Origin: Labilithrix sp.
GTDB lineage: Bacteria; Myxococcota_A; Polyangia; Polyangiales; Polyangiaceae
DNA: 64,000 nucleotides
Assembly (NCBI GenBank): GCA_044227045.1
Contig: JBGAFW010000002.1
Coordinates: forward strand, 3,457 to 67,456
Direction: 5' to 3'
Both the position numbers and the translations under genes were made by a program. Of the stretch, positions 21,140-36,514 are shown piece by piece. Each line of letters begins with the position of its first letter. Position 1 is the first letter of the stretch. Under the pieces are notes generated by a model that saw nothing but the letters and a program-made list of their open reading frames with translations, had not been told where the DNA came from and made no database searches.

Positions 21140-21808
21140 TCACGAAGAGGCGCTGGCGGTCGTCACCTGGGCCGGCGTGCCCATCTCTGCCACGTAGAGC
21201 GGGTACTCGACCCGGAGCGCCTCCTTGACGGACGGGCGCTCGCGGATGCGATCGACGTAGGCGACGAGCGACGGGTACGCGTCGATCTTGATCCCGCCAT
21301 ACGGCGCGACGAGCAGCGCCCAGAAGAGGTAGGCGTCGGCGACGGTGAAGTCCTTGCCGAGCAAATAAGGCGACGCCGCGTCATCGAGATGACGCGCCAC
21401 GTACGCGAGCGGAGGCGCCGCGGTCGTGGACGCGAAGGCCTTCACCGCGTCGGGTGTCTTCGAGCTGAACACCATGAAGAGGTGCTTTTTGTGGAGCTCG
21501 GTGCTGACGAAGTGGATCCACTCGATCAGTCGATAGCGCTCCGGCGTGCCCCACCGCGGGGCCAGGGACTTCGCAGGCGCGAGGTCGGCGATGTACTGGA
21601 GCACCGCGGCGGTCTCGGTCAGCACGCCGCCGTCGGGCAGGCGGATGGCAGGGACGATCGCTTGAGGAGCGATCGCGCGGTAGTCGCTTCCGTCTTCGAG
21701 GCGCTTCGTCTTGCGATCGACGCGACGGAGCTTGAACGCGACGCCCGCTTCGAGGCACGCGACGTGAACGGCGAAGGAGCAGGAGAGAGGCGAGATGAAG
21801 AGGTCCAT
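21140..21808 (-). CDS. glutathione S-transferase
   Basis: An N-terminal thioredoxin-like GST domain (MDLFISPLSCSFAVHVACLEAGV...) and a C-terminal helical GST domain are present. The gene is divergent from the LysR gene. Confidence 0.75.
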   Translation of the reverse strand: MDLFISPLSCSFAVHVACLEAGVAFKLRRVDRKTKRLEDGSDYRAIAPQAIVPAIRLPDGGVLTETAAVLQYIADLAPAKSLAPRWGTPERYRLIEWIHFVSTELHKKHLFMVFSSKTPDAVKAFASTTAAPPLAYVARHLDDAASPYLLGKDFTVADAYLFWALLVAPYGGIKIDAYPSLVAYVDRIRERPSVKEALRVEYPLYVAEMGTPAQVTTASASS

Positions 21809-21855
21809 GTCGTCACTGTGCCTTGCGCGGTGCTACCAGAACAGCTCATACTTCC

Positions 21856-22936
21856 CATGAGAACCATGCAGAAAGCGCATACACCGCCCACGGGCACGCT
21901 CGCGACCTGCCGGCTCGAGGTGAAGCATCTCCGGCTCGCCCTCGCGATCGTCCTCGAAGGCACGGTGACGCGCGCCGCGGAGCGTCTTCATCTCTCGCAG
22001 TCGGCGGTCAGCCATCAGCTCGTCGACCTCGAGCGCGATCTCGGGACGCGGCTGTTCGATCGGATCGGCAAGCGGATGATCCCGACGGCCGCCGGGACAC
22101 GTGTGCTCGCGACGGCGGAGCGTATGCTGAGCGAGCTCACCTCGCTCGAGCTCGATCTCGAAAACAATGGTCGCCAGGCGCGCATTCCGCTCCGCGTCAC
22201 GACGAGCTGTTACACGTCGTACGAGTGGCTCCCGCGGGCGCTCGTGCACTTCACGAAGGCGCACCCGCGCGTCGACATCACGATCGTGCTCGAGGCCACG
22301 CGGCGCGCGATGGAGGCCCTCCTCGCCGACGAGGTGGACCTCGCGATCTGTCCGCAGGCGCCGAAAGACCCGACGTGGGAGAGCCTCCCGATCGTCACGA
22401 GCGAATTCGTCGCGCTCGCGAGCCCGAAGAACATCGCGATGACGCGCGGCGCGCTCGAGCGCGGCGTGGTGAAGTGGCGTGACCTTCGCGGCGCCACCGT
22501 GCTCGTGCACGACATCTCCGATCCGCTCCTCGTCTCGCTCGAGAACGCCGTGCGCGACTCGTGGGAGCGAAAGAGCGGCGAGCGGCTCTCCCGGCCGATC
22601 GAGCTACGAAAGATCCCGCTCACCGAGGCGCTCGTCGAGCTCGCGCGGTCGAACAGCGGCGTCGTGATCGCCGATCGATGGATGCTCGAGCCGTACGCAC
22701 GCCGCGTCGCCCGCCGCGCCCCCGAGCTCGTGTGCTTTCCGTTCTCCCCGAGCGCCGACCGCTCGTTTCACGTCGTGTGGCGAAAGCAGAACCCGCGCGC
22801 GCTACCGATGCGCGAGCTCGCCATGCTCATTCAAGAGGCCGGGCAGCGGATGGCTCCCCAACCAAGACCAAAGACCGCGAAGACGCGCCCCGCGAAGGCG
22901 GTCAAGAGACGACGGGCAGCACGCGCTTCGTCGTGA
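21856..22936 (+). CDS. LysR-family transcriptional regulator
   Basis: The HTH (LRLALAIVLEGTVTRAAERLHLSQSAVSHQLVDLERDLGTRLFDR) and a LysR substrate-binding domain are present. The gene is divergent from the GST gene. The upstream part of the 515-aa ORF is regarded as a spurious extension. Confidence 0.8.
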
Positions 22937-23798
22937 GCATCTCGTTGTGGCTGCCGGTGCGGTAGCCGCCGAGATCGAGCGTCACGTACGAGAAGCCGAG
23001 GCGCTTTCCGGCGAGGACGATCGCGTCGCGTGCCTCGAACGCCTTCATCATCTCCTCTTTGCCGATCTCGATGCGCGCGATCGTCGCCTCTTTCGCGGCG
23101 ATGGCGAATTCGCTCGACGACGCGTGCCAGCGGACGCGCGCCTGACGGATCCCGAGCTTGTGGATCTCGGCCTCGAGCGATCCGATCTGCTCGAGGCGCT
23201 CGCGCGTGACGCGCGTGCCGTAGGGAAGGCGACTCGAGAGGCACGCCGCGGCGGGCTTGTCCCAAACGCCGAGGCCGATCGCGTGCGACAGCTCGCGGAC
23301 GTCGCGCTTTGTGAGCTTTGCTTCGACGAGCGGGCTCCGCGCGTCGGCGTTCTTCGCCGCCTCGAGGCCGGGACGGTAGTCGCCGAGATCGTCGAGGTTC
23401 GTCCCGTTCGCGACGTGACCGAGCTTCCAGTCGACGACCTTCTTCGCGCTGACGCGGTAGAGCTCGCTCTTGCAATGAAAGCAGCGATCGACGTCGTTCT
23501 TCGCGTACGACTCGTCCTCGATCTCGTTCGACTCGACGAGCTCATGGCGCGCGCCGATCGATCGGGCGACGCGCACGGCGTCCTCGAGCTCGAACGGCGC
23601 GAGGCTCGGGCTCACCGCGGTCATGCCGATGCATTTGTCGGGGCCGAGGACGCGATGCGCGACGGCGAGCACGAACGCGCTGTCGACGCCGCCCGAGTAA
23701 CAGACGAGCACCGAGCCCATCTCCTCGAAGATCCGAACCAGACGGTCGAGCCTCGGATCGGACGGAAGGGAAAGAGAAGGAGTTGGGAGAGTCTGCAC
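22902..23798 (-). CDS. larE: PP-loop ATP pyrophosphatase, LarE-like (TIGR00268 family)
   Basis: The SGGVDS PP-loop is present, with conserved Cys (CFHCK) and the C-terminal region. Confidence 0.7.
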   Translation of the reverse strand: MQTLPTPSLSLPSDPRLDRLVRIFEEMGSVLVCYSGGVDSAFVLAVAHRVLGPDKCIGMTAVSPSLAPFELEDAVRVARSIGARHELVESNEIEDESYAKNDVDRCFHCKSELYRVSAKKVVDWKLGHVANGTNLDDLGDYRPGLEAAKNADARSPLVEAKLTKRDVRELSHAIGLGVWDKPAAACLSSRLPYGTRVTRERLEQIGSLEAEIHKLGIRQARVRWHASSSEFAIAAKEATIARIEIGKEEMMKAFEARDAIVLAGKRLGFSYVTLDLGGYRTGSHNEMLTTKRVLPVVS

Positions 23799-24021
23799 GG
23801 AGCGTTACCTAGGGTCTGCCCAGTACTTAGCGCAATTCTCGCGTCGCGTTAGGAGACCGCGCGGGGAACCCAAAAGCGACATCATGCCGCACAAGACACC
23901 TGAACAAGCCCGTTTTCGTTTGCCTTTGCCGAGAGGGGTCTGGAGCGGCTGGCCAGCGGTCGATTCAAGGGTTAAATAGAGCTGTGCGCCGTCCTGGAGG
24001 GCTTGCGCGAGACCCGAAGCA

Positions 24022-24038
24022 CTGTTAATGTGTTCAGT
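24022..24038 (+). promoter_or_regulatory. LexA box (myxobacterial CTRHAMRYBYGTTCAGS type) abutting imuA start codon
   Basis: CTGTTAATGTGTTCAGT matches 15 of 17 positions of the published Myxococcus LexA consensus. It ends 1 nt before the imuA ATG at 24039. Confidence 0.6.
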
Positions 24039-24851
24039 ATGTCGGCGCTCGCTTCTCTGCCCCTCGATCGGACCGAGCTTGCGCGGTTGGGCGTGCTCGA
24101 AGGCACCGAAGCGCTCCTGCCGGCGCGATCCGTCCTTCGATTGGACTGGCCCGAGCTCGAGCAAGCGTTGCCCGATCACGGATTGCCTCGTGGCGTGATC
24201 GAGATCGCGGCGATGCCGCGCGTCGCGAGCACACGCTCACCGGTCGACGCGCGTCGCAAGCCGTACCCCGAGTCGATGCGTGGTGGCTCCACCTCGATCG
24301 CGATCGCCGCGATGAGCGCCACGCATGCCGCCGACGATCAGGCGTGGTGCGCATGGATCACGCCCGACGCGCCGTCCACGCGCACGCAGACGGGCGCGTC
24401 GATCACGCCGTCTCTTTATGCACCCGCGCTCGCGAAGGCAGGCGTTGATCTCGATCGCCTCCTCGTCCTTCGCCCGCCGGTCCAAGCGCTCGCGCGGACG
24501 GTCGTGAAGGCCGCGGCTTCGGGAGCCTTTGCGTTGATCGTCATCGACGCTCCCGACAATCAGGTGTGGGGGCGAAGCAGCGCGCCCCACCAGCACGTAG
24601 GAGGCAAGAACGTCGACGGAGGCTCCAGAAATGAGGGCGGCGCGCTCGTCGTTCGAAAGCTCGCGCTCGCCGCAGAGGAGTCGGGCACCACCTCGCTCCT
24701 CCTCACGAACGCGCTCTCGCCGCGCGGCGCGCCATGGCCGGTCGCTCTTCGTCTCGAGGTCGAGCGCCGTCCCGACTCGCTCTCGCTTCGTGTCACCAAA
24801 GATCGACGAGGCGCGGGCTCTTCCCAGCACGTCGTTCGGCTCGCGGGTTGA
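24039..24851 (+). CDS. imuA: ImuA (RecA-fold, SulA-like) translesion mutasome protein
   Basis: This is a small RecA-like protein (FALIVIDAP Walker-B-like region) lying first in an imuA-imuB-dnaE2 gene order and preceded by a LexA box. Confidence 0.65.
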   Translation: MSALASLPLDRTELARLGVLEGTEALLPARSVLRLDWPELEQALPDHGLPRGVIEIAAMPRVASTRSPVDARRKPYPESMRGGSTSIAIAAMSATHAADDQAWCAWITPDAPSTRTQTGASITPSLYAPALAKAGVDLDRLLVLRPPVQALARTVVKAAASGAFALIVIDAPDNQVWGRSSAPHQHVGGKNVDGGSRNEGGALVVRKLALAAEESGTTSLLLTNALSPRGAPWPVALRLEVERRPDSLSLRVTKDRRGAGSSQHVVRLAG

Positions 24852-24859
24852 GGAGGCTC

Positions 24860-26916
24860 ACGTGCGTATCTGCGCGATCAGCCTGCCGGAGCTTCGCATC
24901 GAGCTCGTTCGTCACGAGATGGAGCAAGCGCGTCGAAAGAAGCAGAGAGAGGAGCACCTCCCATCGTCGGGCCCATCGTTGAACCAAGAGCAGCAGGCCC
25001 TTCCGCTCGACTTCGACGAAGACGACGACCGCGAAGGCCAAGACGAGGTCGAGCCCCCGCCACCTCCCATCGCCGTCGTGGTGGCGCCGGCGCCGATGAC
25101 GGAGACGAAGCTCCTCGGCAACACACGCCTGTCGGTCGTCTCGCGCGAAGCCCGCGCGCTCGGGGTCCTGCCCGGCCACACCATCGCGCAAGCGCGCGCG
25201 CGCGCGGGAGATCTCGCCGTGCGCGTCGTCCGCCCGGAGGCCGTGCGTGACGTGCTCGCGCGCATCGCCGAGGTGGGCCTCGCGTTTGGCGCCACCGTCT
25301 CCTTCGACATGACGGGCAGCGACGTGCTGCTCGCCGCCGCCACGTCGAAGAAGCGAGGAGGTCGCGCGGCAGGAGCCGGCGCGCTTCCCGAGCCTCAGGC
25401 CGGCGGCTCGGGGCAATACGGCGACGTCGTCTGGATCGACATCACCGGCTGCGCGCACCTTCACGCTCCTGCGCCGGGCGCGCACGAGCCGCGCCCGAGC
25501 CTGTTCGACGGAGAGACGATCTTGGCGTCGCGCCTCGCGGGCGTCATCGCGTCGCTCGGTCACACGTGCTCGGTCGCGATCGCCGACGGGCCCCGCATCG
25601 CGGCGATGCTCGCGCGCGCGTCCGCCGAGACCGCTGCGCGCGCCGCGGTGATGCGTGGAAGCCGAAGCAAGCCCGGCCTGCTCCTCCTCGAGCCCACCGT
25701 CGTCAAGCCCGGGGAAAACGCGGCGGCGATCGCGTCGCTGCCCGTGTCGATGTTGCCCATTCCTTCCGAAGACGTGCGGTGGCTCACGAAGATCGGCGTC
25801 CGCACGATCCAAGAGCTGAGGCAGCTCCCGCGCGAGGGCTTGGGCACGCGCCTCGGAGCACGTGCGCGCGAGGTGATCTCGCTTGCGTACGGCGAAGATC
25901 GCGCGCCGCTCACGTCGTATGTGCCCCCGGAGGTCCCGGTCGAAGAGGCGCAGCTCGAATACGGCATCGAAGGAACGCAGGCGCTCACGTTCGTCGCGAA
26001 GACGCTCACCGATCGCCTCGCGGCGCGCCTTCAAGGGCGCGCGGTGGCCGCGGCGCGCGTCGAGCTCGAGCTCAAGCTCGACGCCGCGATGTTGCGTGAT
26101 CGCGAGCACGATCGCACGCCCGCGCGGCGAAGGGACGTCGAAGGTCCGCCCAGCGCGCCCATGCGCTCTGTCACGATGGGAACCAGTGCCAGGTTCCCAA
26201 ACCCTCCCGCTGCCACGATGGGAACCAGTGCCAGGTTCCCAAACCCTCCCGCTGTCACGATGGGAACCAGTGCCAGGTCTGCGACCGTCCTCGTCGCGCT
26301 CGATCTGCCGGTGCCGCTCTCGCTCGCAAGCGATCTCCTGGCGGCGCTTCGTCCGAAGATCGAGCGCCTCGTCCTCGAGGCGCCCGTGCTCAGCGCGAGC
26401 CTTCGCGCGCCCGTGCTCGTTCAAAAACGCGCGGCGGCGCTCTCGCTCTTCGAGCCGCAGCCCAAAGCCGAGCGCGCGCTTCCGCGTCTCGTCGCCGAGC
26501 TCGTCTCGGACTTGGGCTCCCATGCCGTGTCGAAGCTCGTGCTCGGGGATAGCTGGGTGCCGGAGGAGCGTTCGAGGCTCGTCCCGTTTCACCACCCCGA
26601 CGTGCGCGCGCGTGCGTCGGCTTCGGAGATCACGCAGAGAGAGAAGAAGCAAACGCGCTTCTTGCTCTCGAGCGTGCCCGAGCCCACGCGCCTGCTCGTC
26701 GAGCCGCGCCCTGTCACGCGCGAGAACGTTCGTGTCACGCGCCACCTCACGCGCGTCGAAGCGCTCGAGTGGTGGAAGTCGATCCCCTCGGCGGAGGAGC
26801 CCTCGGCGCGGAGGCGCCCTGTCGATTATGTCGAGGCGTGGATTGACGACGGCGCGGCTTGGGTAGAGATCGATCGCGCGACCGGCGCGATGCGCGTGCT
26901 CGGTCTGTTCGATTGA
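24860..26916 (+). CDS. imuB: ImuB (inactive Y-family polymerase-like) mutasome protein
   Basis: GGAGG precedes a GTG start. The N-terminus resembles ImuB (ICAISLPELRIELV), a Y-family palm/fingers-like region follows, and the gene sits between imuA and dnaE2. It contains an in-frame 42-bp tandem palindromic insert. Confidence 0.7.
26172..26290 (+). repeat. 42-bp tandem repeat (2.6 copies) containing palindrome GGGAACCAGTGCCAGGTTCCC, in-frame inside imuB
   Basis: The period is exactly 42 bp: cacgatgggaaccagtgccaggttcccaaaccctcccgctgc. It encodes MGTSARFPNPPAAT ×2 plus a truncated third copy. Confidence 0.85.
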
Positions 26917-27032
26917 GATCGAGACCGAGGACGAGCGATAGAGACCTTGCCCGATAGAGACCTTGCCCGATCGCGGTTCGTTCTGCCTGTTGCAAAGCTG
27001 TTCGTAGCGTATTTCACGATGAGGCCCCCACG

Positions 27033-30536
<3,504 letters not shown>

Positions 30537-30722
30537 GGGCCATGTGTCCCTGCAGGGATAGCGCCCCCCTTAATGCAGCGCAAACACAAGCCAGCCGTGC
30601 GTCGTCGTCCCTTCGGATGACGCGTGGGATTTGAATCCGTCGACTCTAGAAACGAGACAGGACTTTCCCTACGTTCGCCATGCTGGGGGAAGAGACCGAT
30701 GACGATGAGAGAGGAGGGGCGC

Positions 30723-33278
30723 ATGACCGAACGAGAGCGCACACGGGAACGCGATCTGGTGCTCGCACCGAACGAGTACGCATTCATCTCCGACGAGACG
30801 AAGGGCAACATCAACGCCTACGTCGGCCCGCACAAGACGAGCTTGGCGAACACCGATCAGCCCGTCGTCTTCAACCCGAGCTCGAAGCGCTTCGAGCGCG
30901 TGACGCTCGAGGAGGCGATCCATAGCTTCGCGGTCGCGCCGGTCGGTTGGTACATCCTGCTGAAGAACCCGGCGAAGGACGGCACGCATCCGAAGACGGG
31001 CGCGATCAACAACCTCGCCGAGCTCGAGGTCGGCCGAAAGCGAAACCTCGCCGGGCCGGTGTCGTTCGCGCTCTGGCCGGGGCAGATGGTGCGCATCATC
31101 CAGGGCCACCACCTCCGCTCGAATCAGTACTTGATCGTCCGCGTCTACGACGAGGACTCCGCCAAGGCGAACTGGAACAACGCCGTCATCAAGCCGCAGG
31201 TCGGCGGCGGGGCGACCGAAGGTGAGCCCGCGACGAGCGAGCCGAGCGGCGGCGGTGCCGGCGCTGGCGGCGGAGCGGGCGCAGGCCCGACGCTCGAGCG
31301 GCCGGACCTCACGATGGGCAAGCTGCTCATCATCAAGGGCACGGACGTGTCGTTCTACATTCCGCCCACCGGCATCGAGGTCGTGCCCGACGTCTCGGGC
31401 GTGTACGTGCGCGAGGCCGTCACGCTCGAGCGGCTCGAGTACTGCATCTTGCTCGACGAGGACGGCGAGAAGACGTTCCTCCGCGGGCCGGCCGTCGTCT
31501 TTCCGCGTCCCACGCAGACGTTCGTCGAGCGCGACAGCGCGCGGAAATTCCGCGCGATCGAGCTGAACGAGAACAGCGGCATCTACTTGAAGGTGATCGC
31601 GCCGTACGTCGAAGACGACGGCACGCAGCGCAAGGTCGGTGACGAGCTCTTCATCACCGGCAAAGAGCAGATGATCTACTTCCCGCGGCCCGAGCACGCG
31701 GCGATCAAGTACGGCAACCAGGCGATCCACTACGCGGTGGCGATCCCGGCAGGCGAGGCGCGCTACGTCCTCGACCGTCACTCCGGGACGATCCGGCTCG
31801 AGCGCGGCCCGCGCATCTTCTTGCCGGATCCGCGGCGTGAGGTGATCGTCCGGCGCGTCCTCGACCGCCGTCAGGTCGAGCAGTGGTTCCCCGGCAACGC
31901 CGACGCGATCAAGCACAACGAGCGCCTCGCGCAGATGCGTGAGACCGAAGGGCGCGACTACGTCCCGGAGCGCGACGCGCGCGCGGTGGCCCCTGCGGCC
32001 GCGTCGCCCGAGCAGGCCGTGTCGCGGACGGGGACGGGCGCGTTCGCCGGCGACGACTTCAACCGCAAGCAGAACTTCACCCAGCCGCGGTCGATCACGA
32101 TCGACACGCGCTACGACGGCGCGGTCTCGATCGCGCCGCACACGGGCTACGCCGTGCAGGTGGTGAGCAAGACGGGAGACCGCAAGGTCGTCGTCGGCCC
32201 CGCCACCTACCTCCTCGAGTACGACGAGACGCTCCAGGCGATGGACCTGTCGTCCGGCACGCCGAAGACCGACGACAAGCTCCAGCGTACCGTCTACTTG
32301 CGTGTACTCTACAACAAGGTCTCGGACATCGTCGAAGCCGAGACGGCCGACCTCGTCACGATCCGCATCCGGCTCTCGTACCGCGTGAACTTCGAGGGGG
32401 ATCCGAACCTGTGGTTCAACGTCGAGAACTACGTGAAGTTCCTCACCGAGCATCTGCGGTCGCTCATCCGCGCCGCGGTGAAGACGTACCGCGTGCAGGA
32501 TCTCCATCCGCGCGCCGTCCCGGTCGTGCGCGACGTCGTGCTCGGCCAGTCGGTCGAGGGGAGCAAGCGGCCCGGTCGCCTCTTCGCCGAGAACGGCATG
32601 CGCGTCTACGACGTCGAGGTGCTCGACGTCGAGATCGGCGACGCCGACATCGCGAAGCTCCTCGTCCAAGCGCAGCACGCCGCGGTCGAGCAGACGCTCA
32701 CGCTCGGCGCGGAGCGACGCCGGCTCGAGCTCGTTCGCGAGAAGGAGACGATCGAGCTCGAGGTGCAGCAGATCCTCGCGACCACGGGGCGGAAGCGCGC
32801 CGAGGTCGAGATGGCGGGGATCCAGGACAAACGCGAGGTCGAGCTCTCGCGCATCGCCGCCACGGCGGCGGCGACGAAGGAGAAGCTCGCGGCGCAGTGC
32901 GCGGAGCAAGAGGCGCTCGACACCGTCAACAACGCCGAGATCGGACGAAGGCGCGCGATGAAGAGCGCCGAGACCGACGCGGCGGAGAAGGACCTCGCGC
33001 TCCGTCTCCGCGCCCTCGAGGCCGACGTCCACGCCGTCAGCGAGAAGGCGAAGGCCGTGTCGCCTGACCTCATCGCGGCGCTCCAGGCGTTCGGTGACCG
33101 CGCGCTCGCCGAGAAGATGGCCGAGACGATGGCCCCGCTCGCGATCCTCGGCGGCGACAGCGTGAGCGACGTGCTCGCGCGCCTCCTCAAGGGGACGAAG
33201 CTCGCGAAGGTCCTCGCCGAGGTCACCCCGAGCGAGAACGGCCACACCCCGCCACGCACCCTCCCGCCCGCGGAGTGA
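30723..33278 (+). CDS. major vault protein (MVP) homolog, full length (~850 aa)
   Basis: Colinear similarity to eukaryotic MVP was recognised by eye. The N-terminal vault-repeat pattern is present ([36 protein letters not shown] versus human [37 protein letters not shown]). The shoulder domain matches ([21 protein letters not shown] versus [41 protein letters not shown] versus [20 protein letters not shown]). A long C-terminal coiled-coil cap-helix is present. An RBS-like GAGGAGG precedes the ATG at 30723. Confidence 0.8.
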   Translation: [851 protein letters not shown]

Positions 33279-33442
33279 CGAGCGTGTGACATGCGAACGA
33301 GCCAGATGACGCGGGCGAAGGAAGAGCCTTCGCGAGGCGCTGACAGGCGTATCGTGAAATAAAAGCTCCTCCAGATGCATGGCGTTTGAGGCGGCCCCGG
33401 GCATCTCGCGCTACGATAGAGGTAGCGAATTTGGGCGCGAGC

Positions 33443-34465
33443 ATGCCGGCAACACCGCTCCGTGATGCGCAGAGGACCCTCGAGATCCTCCTGCAGCTCA
33501 CGGCGCAGCTCACCGACGACCGCCCGCTCGAAGACTTCTTGAAGGCGGTCACCGACGCGTCGCTCGAGATGCTCACCGCCGAGCACGCGAGCATTCGTCT
33601 GCTCGATACGTCGCGATCGATGTTGCTGTCGGGATCGCGCTCGGGCGTCGGTGAGACCGGACGCCCGATGGACTTTCGGCGGGGGGAGGGCGTGCTCGGG
33701 TGGGTGGTCGAGCACGGCCAGCCGGTCCGCATCGACGATGTCGAGAAGGACCACCGCTGGGTGCCTGGCAAGACGCAGGGGTTCGAGGTGCGTTCGATCA
33801 TGGCCGAGCCGCTGTGGTCGAGCGGGGAGGTGATCGGCGTGCTCGCGATCACCTCGGCGAGCGATCACGCGTTCACCGAGGACGATCAGCTCATGCTGCG
33901 GCTGCTCGCGAACTGTTCGGCGCCGCCGATCGAGCGTGCACGACTCCGCCGGCTCGCGATGTTCGACGACATCACGATGGCCTTCAACCATCGATACCTC
34001 ACGCCTCGCATGGTCGAGGAGATGGAGCGCGCGAGCCGCGCCGGCGGAGACGTCAGCATCCTTTACATGGACCTCGATCACTTCAAATCGGTGAACGACA
34101 AGTTCGGTCACGCCGTCGGCGACAGCGTGCTCCGCATGTTCGCCGATCGCGTGCGCAAGGCGGTGCGGCGGGTCGACGTCCTCATCCGGCGAGGCGGCGA
34201 AGAGTTCGTCCTCGTCATGCCGCAGACCGGCGCGACGCAGGCGCACGCCACCGCGATGCGCATCCAACACACGCTCGCAGGCGAGGAGATGGAGCTCGAA
34301 GGCGGCCTCCGCATTCGGCAGACGGTGTCGATCGGCGTCGCGACGTGGGACCAGCGCGAGTCGCCCGAGCAGCTCGAGCGGCGCGCCGACGACGCGATGT
34401 ACGAAGCGAAGCGGCTCGGTCGAAACCGCGTCGTCGTCGCCACGCCGCGTGAGGTCAAAGGCTGA
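33443..34465 (+). CDS. GAF-GGDEF diguanylate cyclase (GGEEF motif)
   Basis: A GAF domain (GVLGWVVEHGQPVRIDDVEKDHRW) is followed by GGDEF hallmarks (YMDLDHFKSVNDKFGH, RRGGEEFVL, YEAKRLGRNRV). Confidence 0.8.
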   Translation: MPATPLRDAQRTLEILLQLTAQLTDDRPLEDFLKAVTDASLEMLTAEHASIRLLDTSRSMLLSGSRSGVGETGRPMDFRRGEGVLGWVVEHGQPVRIDDVEKDHRWVPGKTQGFEVRSIMAEPLWSSGEVIGVLAITSASDHAFTEDDQLMLRLLANCSAPPIERARLRRLAMFDDITMAFNHRYLTPRMVEEMERASRAGGDVSILYMDLDHFKSVNDKFGHAVGDSVLRMFADRVRKAVRRVDVLIRRGGEEFVLVMPQTGATQAHATAMRIQHTLAGEEMELEGGLRIRQTVSIGVATWDQRESPEQLERRADDAMYEAKRLGRNRVVVATPREVKG

Positions 34466-34793
34466 GCTGGTCGCGCTCGCCGTGGGTCGACCCGCGCCGC
34501 GTCCGTGTAGGTTGCACCTATCGGCACGCGCGAAGAGTAGGAGGACAAATCAGGGTTCACCCCATGAACGGCCGTTCGTTCTGCGGCCCTTCGCTCACGG
34601 GGGCTGTGCTCACGGCCGTTCACAGCGTCTCGGCTTCGCCGTGCTCGCGTGCGTCGCGACGCCTTCCCCGGGCCTGGTTTCGGGGCTACTAACCAAATCG
34701 AGATAGGCGACCTCCGAGTCCTTGCACCGCTGCGTGGAGGGGTGCGAACCTTGCTTCGTCTCTCTTGCGGGCGAGCCCGCGAACCCAAACCCG

Positions 34794-36470
<1,677 letters not shown>

Positions 36471-36514
36471 CCCGCGCCCGCATCTCTGTGTAGGCTGAGA
36501 CGAGAGCTGTCGCC

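Noticed and set aside
21389-21855. N-terminal 155 aa of the 515-aa LysR ORF.
   Set aside because: This part overlaps the divergent GST gene and is Arg-rich. The LysR HTH begins right after the Met at 21856.
30546-30559. Perfect 12-bp palindrome TCCCTGCAGGGA after the dnaE2 stop, considered as a CRISPR repeat or terminator.
   Set aside because: It is a single copy with no spacer array. It is too short and has no U-tract, so it was not called a terminator.
30669-33404. 911-aa ORF on the minus strand spanning the whole MVP gene.
   Set aside because: Its composition is extremely Arg/Asp/Leu-biased, as expected of a GC-rich antisense shadow. The plus-strand product has clear MVP homology.
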